Below, piece by piece: positions 8,450-15,344 of a DNA stretch of 32,000 nucleotides; position 1 is the stretch's first letter; each line of letters begins with the position of its first letter. The notes below the pieces were generated by a model. That model was not told the origin of the DNA. It made no database searches and saw only the letters and a program-made list of their open reading frames with translations. The position numbers and the translations under genes were made by a program. This DNA comes from Chlamydiales bacterium (GTDB lineage Bacteria > Chlamydiota > Chlamydiia > Chlamydiales > SM23-39): contig OZ253438.1 in assembly GCA_965261025.1 (NCBI GenBank), forward strand, positions 930,001-962,000, read 5' to 3'.

Positions 8450-8954
8450 ATGAAATGGCTTTTTACTTTGCTCGCAATGTGCACTCAATTATCAGCAGGG
8501 ACATTCGATGAAGTTGCACCTTCCACTCCTGAAGAAATCGCTACATTTGGCGGCTATACATTTGCCTTAGGATTTCATGAAGCTGCTGGCATGAGTTTAA
8601 TAGCCTCAGGCTGTGCTACAGCGATGTACCATGCACAAGATATGAAAGCCCCCGATATAGCTTGGAAGAATACGAACCCTTGATGGACCTGTTGATGGAG
8701 GAGTTATAGTAGTTGATCCACAAGGAAATGCAATTCCAGTACCTGAGAATAATTGGATAACTGGTTCAAAAGATGGGAAGTGGTTACAAGTCCGCGAACC
8801 CTCTGAGAACCCAAGAGGTAAACAAACCGGAGTACGAAAAGATGATAAACATCCGAAAGGGCCAAAACATTCGGATCCAAGATCTTTACAGCCGCATGGA
8901 CACCGCGCTGGTATAACAAACCCTAACGGAACGCCTTGGCTCCCAATACACTAA
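8450..8954 (+). pseudogene. Frameshifted gene: signal peptide + Gly/Ala-rich hydrophobic segment (8450..8683), then a His-rich toxin-like C-terminal domain in the +1 frame (8661..8954)
   Basis: ORF1 is MKWLFTLLAMCTQLSAG... (signal-peptide-like) and ends at TGA 8681..8683. A second frame is open from 8661 with no start codon. It reads LGRIRTLDGPVDGGVIVVDPQGNAIPVPENNWITGSKDGKWLQVREPSENPRGKQTGVRKDDKHPKGPKHSDPRSLQPHGHRAGITNPNGTPWLPIH* (stop 8952..8954). Confidence 0.6.
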
Positions 8955-8969
8955 CTTATTTAACAAACT

Positions 8970-9218
8970 ATGCCTAAACAAGAAAATAAATTTACATGGG
9001 GAGAGCCTGTTTATGTAAAACGAAATGCCCCCTTGGTTTTTCATCCAGGAGAATTCGCTTCAATATGCGGAATTGATAAAATCTTATCTCAAAAAGAAGC
9101 AGATGAACTTTCTTGTAAAAATCAAGAATGGATTTATCTTGTGGAATTTGAAGATGGAAGTTCCATGGAAATTCCTGAATGTTACTTAGAAAAAGACCTA
9201 GGTAATTTTAAGGCCTAA
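8970..9218 (+). CDS. Small SH3/Tudor-like protein (82 aa), candidate immunity/antitoxin-type protein
   Basis: Starts 16 nt after the toxin-like domain. The pattern FTWGEPVYV..NAP..FHPGEFASICG....WIYLVEFEDGSSMEIPECYLE is typical of small beta-barrel domains. It is a paralog of the N-terminus of 9547..10176. Confidence 0.7.
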   Translation: MPKQENKFTWGEPVYVKRNAPLVFHPGEFASICGIDKILSQKEADELSCKNQEWIYLVEFEDGSSMEIPECYLEKDLGNFKA

Positions 9219-9295
9219 CAATAACTGTCCTGGCTAAAACTTCACTTGACAAACACTACTTATTTTACCGTGTCCAATTCACACTTGACTTTCCC

Positions 9296-9539
9296 CAAAA
9301 AATGGACAAAAATTTATTAGCCTCTAAAACTAAAAACCCATTTTTGGAGGATAAAAAATGCAAAAAAAGTTTGATCAAGAATTTCGAGAACAAGCAGTTA
9401 AGCTTGCTTTAGAAAAGAAAATTTCTCAGAAAGAATTAGCAAAGGATTTAGGAATAGCAAGATCCACTTTAGTAGGGTAGATACAGGCTTATAAGAAAGG
9501 CAATCCTATTGTTACAGGAGAAACTCCTGAGCAAAAAGA
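9296..9539 (+). mobile_element. IS3-family left-end/orfA remnant, copy 1 (truncated, nonsense-inactivated)
   Basis: ATG 9358 gives MQKKFDQEFREQAVKLALEKKISQKELAKDLGIARSTLVG*IQAYKKGNPIVTGETPEQKE. This is the HTH transposase OrfA pattern of IS3-family elements, with TAG 9478..9480 where Trp is expected (..STLxxW..). Near-identical to 10191..10435. Confidence 0.75.
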
Positions 9540-9546
9540 GCACCGT

Positions 9547-10176
9547 GTGAACATGAATATAAAAGCTGATGATAGTAAATTTACTTGGGGCGATTCTGTT
9601 ATTATTCGAAAAAATTCACCTACAAAATTTCATCCAGGCGAATTTGCTTCTGTTTGTGGATTTTATAAGGTCCAATCCAAAGAAACAGCAACAGAGCTCG
9701 CGTGTAAGATTGGAGACTGGGTTTATACAGTCGAATTTGGGGATGGTTCTGATGTTGAAGTTCCAGAATGTTATCTCGACAAGGATTTTTCGGTTATTCG
9801 TGGAGAAGAATTATCTAAATATGCCTCTTATTTTGTTAATGGGGCTGTTTTAGAAATTGTTTTAAATATGGATGTAATAAAGATAAAACTAAAAAGTTCT
9901 TTTGTTCATCAGCAAATTTCTAAAGACCCACTCTTCTTGAAAGATGGTTATTTTACTGGAACCTTGATCGCGACACGAATTATTAAATTTGTTATGGAAA
10001 ATAGTAATTATCCAACCAAGCGACAGCAGATTGGAAATATTTTATCTTTTGAAATATCTGATCAGACTCTTAAATTACATATAGAGTGGGAGCAATGTAA
10101 AACAACATCCTTAGAAATCCAAGCAATTCAATTTTGGTGGGAACAAGAACTTACTCATAAACAAGACAGCTTTTAA
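9547..10176 (+). CDS. Two-domain protein: N-terminal SH3-like domain paralogous to 8970..9218, plus a ~125-aa C-terminal domain of unknown function
   Basis: About 59% identity by eye over ~70 aa with the 82-aa protein (KFTWGDSVIIRKNSPTKFHPGEFASVCG...WVYTVEFGDGSDVEVPECYLDKD). The start is GTG 9547 or ATG 9553. The frame is continuous with the truncated IS orfA upstream. Confidence 0.7.
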   Translation: MNMNIKADDSKFTWGDSVIIRKNSPTKFHPGEFASVCGFYKVQSKETATELACKIGDWVYTVEFGDGSDVEVPECYLDKDFSVIRGEELSKYASYFVNGAVLEIVLNMDVIKIKLKSSFVHQQISKDPLFLKDGYFTGTLIATRIIKFVMENSNYPTKRQQIGNILSFEISDQTLKLHIEWEQCKTTSLEIQAIQFWWEQELTHKQDSF

Positions 10177-10190
10177 AGGGTGGCCTTCCT

Positions 10191-10523
10191 CAAAAAAATG
10201 GACTAAAATTTATTAGCCTCTAAAACTAAAAACCCGTTTTTGGAGGATAAAAAATGCAAAAAAAGTTTGATCAAGAATTTCGAGAACAAGCAGTTAAGCT
10301 TGCTTTAGAAAAGAAAATTTCTCAGAAAGAATTAGCAAAGGATTTAGGAATAGCAAGATCCACTTTAGTAGGGTAGATACAGGCTTATAAGAAAGGCAAT
10401 CCTATTGTTACAGGAGAAATTCCTGAGCAAAAAGAAATCCGTAAGCTAAAAAGAGAGAATGATTTATTACGAGAGGAGAGAGATATCTTAAAAAAAATTC
10501 TAAGAAATATTAGCTTGGATTAA
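10191..10523 (+). mobile_element. IS3-family left-end/orfA remnant, copy 2 (longer, same nonsense codon, no orfB)
   Basis: ATG 10254; identical TAG at 10374..10376. It continues ..PEQKEIRKLKRENDLLREERDILKKILRNISLD* (stop 10521..10523), which is the leucine-zipper-like end of IS3 OrfA. An A8 run at 10490..10497 sits where IS3 elements carry their -1 frameshift site. No transposase orfB follows. Confidence 0.75.
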
Positions 10524-10560
10524 AAACATAAAGATACGCTTTTGATACTAGCATGAGACC

Positions 10561-11460
10561 TCATACACTGGAAAATACCTTACATAGCACTTGTAATATT
10601 GTATCAAACCGAGCTTGAAGCTGACCACCAGAGCTTCTATAAATAGATAAAATACGGTAGGGAGAGGGAGCTGGTTGCCACAAAACTGGATGAAGCTTAA
10701 ATTTTTGAGCTAGAAAGTCTGGAAGAAAACCCACCTCATCAGTAGCTTCACAAATTTGTCCAATAAGGGACCAGCTGGGTATTCTAGATTTAATCGGCAG
10801 AGAATATCCATGTACCTGAAGCCAGGTTTGCTGCAGAAAAAGAACCTCCATTTGATCTTCAGGCAATAGTACAGGTTTGGCAGGGGTATCTTTGTTACGA
10901 GAATAGAGTTGAAAATACCCCTTTCCTACTTCCGCTGCAACAACCCCCTTCCAGGGGGAGTTATCCAATACCAGGGCCATATCTGCATCGTGCTGTAAGA
11001 TAGCGGCATAAGCTTGATCAGGTCTCATGTGTTTAAAGTCAATATTACTTAGAGATAAAAGAGAAGGTACAGCTACTCCCGCGATAGCATGCGTTGTTAC
11101 TAGACGAATAGCAGGCTCATCCCTTGAAATAATTAAGTTTCGTATTTCCTTAACTATCCCTTCAATTTTGGGAAGCAAAACCTGACCTTCCCTTGTTAAG
11201 CTAAACTGGCGTCTTTCATGAGTGCAAAGATCCAACCGAAAAGCTGTCTCAACCCTCTGAATAGCAGTGCTTGCAGCACTCTGGCTTAATCGATGTACTA
11301 AAGCCGCTTTTCCTAAATTTTTCAAACGAGCTGCTGATATAAAAATTTCTAAATCAACAATACGTAAATTTTTAAGAGAATTTTCAATCTTTTGCAGCGT
11401 CTTTTCCTCAAATAATTGTATTTCAGTAGAAATATCACCCAAGCTTTGCATAATAAACAC
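10561..11460 (-). CDS. LysR-family transcriptional regulator
   Basis: HTH region LEIFISAARLKNLGKAALVHRLSQSAASTAIQRVETAFRLDLCTHERRQFSLTREGQVL plus a C-terminal substrate-binding-like domain. About 30 aa of unusual N-terminal extension, so the start is uncertain. Confidence 0.8.
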   Translation of the reverse strand: MFIMQSLGDISTEIQLFEEKTLQKIENSLKNLRIVDLEIFISAARLKNLGKAALVHRLSQSAASTAIQRVETAFRLDLCTHERRQFSLTREGQVLLPKIEGIVKEIRNLIISRDEPAIRLVTTHAIAGVAVPSLLSLSNIDFKHMRPDQAYAAILQHDADMALVLDNSPWKGVVAAEVGKGYFQLYSRNKDTPAKPVLLPEDQMEVLFLQQTWLQVHGYSLPIKSRIPSWSLIGQICEATDEVGFLPDFLAQKFKLHPVLWQPAPSPYRILSIYRSSGGQLQARFDTILQVLCKVFSSV

Positions 11461-11469
11461 CCTTATTTC

Positions 11470-11488
11470 AAATCGATTTTTTCGATTT
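11470..11488. promoter_or_regulatory. Candidate LTTR box (ATC-N9-GAT / T-N11-A dyad) in the lysR/ntt divergent intergenic region
   Basis: AAATCGA-TTTTT-TCGATTT is a perfect 7-bp inverted repeat with a 5-bp spacer. A further ATCGA half-site lies at ~11503. Confidence 0.45.
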
Positions 11489-11564
11489 TATATATCTATA
11501 TAATCGACAATACAAATAAAACCCAATAAAATATTCTACCCTTTTTGATACAGGAGTCTATTCC

Positions 11565-12971
11565 ATGAATAAAAAATCAGGTATATTACAGTTTTTTCAA
11601 TGGCTATGTCGATTCAACTTTGGCACATTCGAAAAAGAAGAGTTTAAAAAATTTTTACGTATGGGGTTGATTTTTGCCCTCATTATTGGGGTTTATTGGA
11701 CACTGCGGCCATTGAAAGACTCTATTTTCATTCAACTCGTTGGAAAGTTTCAGCTCCCGTTTGCAAAAACCATTTCCGTTCTAGCCCTGCTACCCCTTGT
11801 GATGTTCTATACAAGACTTTTAGAAAAGACCTCTCGCGAAAAAATGCTGATTATTCTCCCTGCTTTTTACGGAATGGGAATTCTCTGTTTTAGCCTGATA
11901 ATGAATCTCGTACAAAGCTCTTTGGAAGAACTATCCAATATTTCCCTTTTTTATTCAGCTAGCCTCAAATCATTAGGATATTTCTGGTACTTATTTGTTG
12001 AAAGCTTCGGTTCTTTAGTAATAGCCCTATTTTGGGCATTTGCTGCTGATACAACAAACCCTATTCACGCAAAAAGAGGATTTCCTCTAGTTGTTGCAAT
12101 TGGACAGATTGGAGGAATCATTTTTCCTTATAATATAGGAGGATTACCTCATAGGCTCCACTGCTCAACAGACTCACTTTCTATGCTATGCTTAGGTCTA
12201 CTTACTCTCTTAATTATTCCACTAGTTCGTTATTTCTTAAAAACAACCCCAAAAGAATTACTCACGTCTTTTCACGAAAAAAAGGAAAAGCAAGAGAAAT
12301 CAAAACAAGAACCGGGATTTTTAGAAGGACTAAAGCTTCTCCTAAAGAACCGCTATTTACTCTGCATTTTTGGCGCAAATTTTATCTATGAGGTAGTAGT
12401 CACAATTTTTGATTTTAACTTCAAAATTACTGCAGGCTCTATTTACTCTGGAGTAGCTTTAAGTAATTACCTAAGCATTTATGGATCTAGTGTAAACATG
12501 GTATCCTTGCTTTGCCTAATTCTGGGAATTAGCAATATAACCCGTTTTTTGGGAGTTGGAATTGCTCTTGCAGCAATGCCCCTCATTGTAGGTTTTGCTT
12601 TATTTGGTTTTATGAGCCTAAATACACTCCCCTTTTTATTTGCTTTAATGGTTGGTTCCAAAGCTATTAACTACGCTTTAAATGGCCCGGCTTTAAAACA
12701 GCTATATATTCCAACAACCCCTGATGTGAAATTTAAATCTCAGGCTTGGATTGAAACATTTGGCTCCCGCTCTTCTAAACAAGCAGGATCTGTATTCAAT
12801 ATGTCTTTAGAGCCAATACAAGAAGCATTTGGAGCTACACTAGGCAGAACTTACTACTTAGCTCTCAGCGGAGTACTATGTTTCCCCCTACTTGCCCTAT
12901 GGCTAATTATTGCTATTTTCCTGGGAAATTCCTTCAAAAAGGCTATTGCTTCCAATGAAACTGTTTGTTAG
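11565..12971 (+). CDS. Nucleotide transporter-like protein (TLC / ATP:ADP antiporter NTT family), divergent
   Basis: The N-terminal region EEFKKFLRMGLIFALIIGVYWTLRPLKDSIFIQLVG...LPFAKTISVLALLPLVMFYTRL parallels the NTT signature (ELKKFLPM...FNYTILRDTKDTLVV...IPFLK.W.VLP). Polytopic, 468 aa. Confidence 0.65.
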   Translation: MNKKSGILQFFQWLCRFNFGTFEKEEFKKFLRMGLIFALIIGVYWTLRPLKDSIFIQLVGKFQLPFAKTISVLALLPLVMFYTRLLEKTSREKMLIILPAFYGMGILCFSLIMNLVQSSLEELSNISLFYSASLKSLGYFWYLFVESFGSLVIALFWAFAADTTNPIHAKRGFPLVVAIGQIGGIIFPYNIGGLPHRLHCSTDSLSMLCLGLLTLLIIPLVRYFLKTTPKELLTSFHEKKEKQEKSKQEPGFLEGLKLLLKNRYLLCIFGANFIYEVVVTIFDFNFKITAGSIYSGVALSNYLSIYGSSVNMVSLLCLILGISNITRFLGVGIALAAMPLIVGFALFGFMSLNTLPFLFALMVGSKAINYALNGPALKQLYIPTTPDVKFKSQAWIETFGSRSSKQAGSVFNMSLEPIQEAFGATLGRTYYLALSGVLCFPLLALWLIIAIFLGNSFKKAIASNETVC

Positions 12972-13167
12972 CGAAATCTCAGAAAATTACAGACGAAACC
13001 TACCTAATTTTGAATATATAGAAGCTTTCGATAACAAAAGGTTGTCAAAAGAAAGCAGCGGATTTCAAGTTTGAGAAATCAAGGATTCCGGCCTATTTAC
13101 GGCAACTTTCTTGAGAAAGAATTAAAGAATAGATACATTTGCTCCTATATTGTAAATTTCAAAACTC

Positions 13168-14214
13168 ATGAATCGATCAGATAAACATTCTTATTTACCT
13201 ATAATCGACCTCCATTGTGATTTATTAGGATGCATAGAATATGGTCAGGGGAAATATAACTTTGATAGCCCCGAATTGAATTGTTCTTTGCCACAACTTT
13301 CTGCAGGAAATGTAAAGTTACAGGTGTTGGCTGTTGCTGCGATTACAGGCAAAGATTCCTCCCTGACAGGAAAAAATCAAATCAATCTATACAAAAAGTT
13401 GCTAAAGACTCGGTCAGATGAAGTGGGCCCGTTTCAGCAGTTCATTTCTAACTCAAAAAAAATATACTTTCTTTTGGGTATTGAGAATGCCTCTACCCTT
13501 TTGGATGAGCATGAAAATTTAGAAATTTTATTTGAACGGATTGAAAGGTACCAGGCTTTAGAAAAGATATTGTATGTTAGCTTAACTTGGAATCAAGAAA
13601 ATCGTTTTGGAGGAGGTAATCTTTCTTCTACTGGGCTTAAAGATGATGGAAAAGTTCTTTTGCAATATCTAGACAGAAAAAATATCGCTATTGATTTTAG
13701 TCACACCTCTGATGCACTTGCATGTGATATCCTAGATTTTGTTCAAAATAAATCGTTAGATATCCCATTAATTGCAAGCCACTCTAATTATCGTTCAGTC
13801 TGTAATGATAAGAGAAACCTACCAACTGATATCGCAAAAGAAATCATTCGTCAAAATGGAATTATCGGCTTAAACTTTGTACATAGATTTGTAGGTAAAA
13901 AACCAGAAACCTTTATTGATCATATTAAGCATGCAGTTTCTATTGGAGGGGAAAACTCAATCAGCTTAGGAGCGGACTTTTATGGAGGACTTAATGTCTC
14001 CGCAGAATTGTGTCCAGGAAAAACTCCTATCACATTCTTTTCAAAATATGCAAACTCTGGATCATACCAAGTCTGGTTAGATTTGTTGAAAAAGGAGTTC
14101 TCAGGGGATTTTATCAAAAAAATTTGCTATCAAAATGCTAAAAATTTCCTAAATCGAGTTTTCTCTAATCAGCATTCTTGGACGCCTACGTTAAAGATGC
14201 TTCAAAATCTTTAA
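13168..14214 (+). CDS. Membrane dipeptidase (peptidase family M19)
   Basis: IDLHCDLL (HxD metal site), GIENASTL, SLTWNQENRFGGG, IDFSHTSD and ASHSNYRSV are M19 hallmarks. Confidence 0.8.
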   Translation: MNRSDKHSYLPIIDLHCDLLGCIEYGQGKYNFDSPELNCSLPQLSAGNVKLQVLAVAAITGKDSSLTGKNQINLYKKLLKTRSDEVGPFQQFISNSKKIYFLLGIENASTLLDEHENLEILFERIERYQALEKILYVSLTWNQENRFGGGNLSSTGLKDDGKVLLQYLDRKNIAIDFSHTSDALACDILDFVQNKSLDIPLIASHSNYRSVCNDKRNLPTDIAKEIIRQNGIIGLNFVHRFVGKKPETFIDHIKHAVSIGGENSISLGADFYGGLNVSAELCPGKTPITFFSKYANSGSYQVWLDLLKKEFSGDFIKKICYQNAKNFLNRVFSNQHSWTPTLKMLQNL

Positions 14215-14803
14215 TGCGGAGACCTAGCTTAGCATTTCCTTCGATTAGCTCTTTCATTGCAACATCATTAGGCAGCTGACTTTTTTGATAATGACGCATA
14301 GCGTCTGTTATAAACTCCGGGCCCTTCACTTGTACCTCTCCTCGAATAAACTGCTTTAACCAAGTGGCAGCATCTAAGAGGTCATTAATCACAACATCGC
14401 TCAAAGACTCTACAAATGGATGAACCCAATTTTGCACTCTTACACCAAGTAACTTTACTTCCTGTTTTTGATAGTGAGTATTTTTTGGAGCCAGCGTCAA
14501 GACAGGAATACGATTCATTTTGGCCCACATCATCTCTGCGCCTACTCCCAAACCCCTTCTTTCCCGCGCATCCACCAAAATAATATCAGCGAAATACACC
14601 TGCGTCATATCTCTCTCAAATACTGATTTTTGATCAGAAAGATCGTCAGTTCGCATTGCTGGGTTTAAAAAAGTTAATTTACATGGATGTACTGCCTGAG
14701 CAAGAAATACTTGATCATCATGAGTCCAAAAAATTTCACTTTCCTTCTCATGCCCTTTTTGAATATTTCCTGCTAAATAAATAGCTATTTGTGCATCTTT
14801 CAT
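14186..14803 (-). CDS. Nucleoside 2-deoxyribosyltransferase-like protein
   Basis: IAIYLAGNI..., FLNP, VFERDMTQVYFADIILVDA, GVGAEMMWAKMNRIPVL fit the NDT-like Rossmann pattern (YLAG...D...aD.vv...G...E...A...PV). Its start overlaps the upstream gene stop by 4 nt. Confidence 0.55.
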   Translation of the reverse strand: MKDAQIAIYLAGNIQKGHEKESEIFWTHDDQVFLAQAVHPCKLTFLNPAMRTDDLSDQKSVFERDMTQVYFADIILVDARERRGLGVGAEMMWAKMNRIPVLTLAPKNTHYQKQEVKLLGVRVQNWVHPFVESLSDVVINDLLDAATWLKQFIRGEVQVKGPEFITDAMRHYQKSQLPNDVAMKELIEGNAKLGLRIKDFEASLT

Positions 14804-15156
14804 TGAGTGTCTCCCGAGACTTGCTTGAACCGTGAAACTGTGTCTCCATCCAACTCTATATTTTCTAAAAACATGCTAAGTGGCCTCGACCAAACATCCT
14901 GATTTCCATTGAGGTCTTGATAAATCACTACCTCTTCAAGCGTCTCGCTATTACGCCCGACAGAAAGCAATTTATACCCATTACCCTTATAGTTTTCATA
15001 GATTGATCCAGGAACTAAAGAATCGGCTGCCTTGGAAAATGGCTCTAAACTCCTACTTTCTGGAGGATTTGGAGGGTTATAGTAGCAACGCAATTCCTTC
15101 ATCTTCCCATCTTCAATTTGAATAAAGTCAACCCCATAAAGAGTCAAAGCATCCAA
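14800..15156 (-). CDS. DUF1653-domain protein with uncertain N-terminus
   Basis: The C-terminal part YENYKGNGYKLLSVGRNSETLEEVVIYQDLNGNQDVWSRPLSMFLENIELDGDTVSRFKQV matches my recollection of DUF1653. The track start is a TTG. The frame stays open upstream right through the tRNA gene. The internal ATG (MKELRCYY, 15102) is an alternative start. Confidence 0.6.
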   Translation of the reverse strand: MDALTLYGVDFIQIEDGKMKELRCYYNPPNPPESRSLEPFSKAADSLVPGSIYENYKGNGYKLLSVGRNSETLEEVVIYQDLNGNQDVWSRPLSMFLENIELDGDTVSRFKQVSGDTQ

Positions 15157-15206
15157 AGTTATCTGGAACTCTAAAATACCGGTATTTCCATCTTCAAAAG
15201 CAATGA

Positions 15207-15279
<73 letters not shown>

Positions 15280-15344
15280 TTATCTTCTAAGATAAAGAAG
15301 CCAAGGATAGTCAGGGTAAGAAAATGTTACAAGGGAAATAAATT

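Noticed and set aside
8704-8919. 71-aa minus-strand ORF
   Set aside because: It is antisense to the much more protein-like plus-strand frame (toxin-like domain, 8661..8954). It has no RBS or motif.
9569-9853. 94-aa alternative-frame ORF inside 9547..10176
   Set aside because: It overlaps the frame that is clearly homologous to 8970..9218. Its translation is Leu/Phe/Ile-rich noise.
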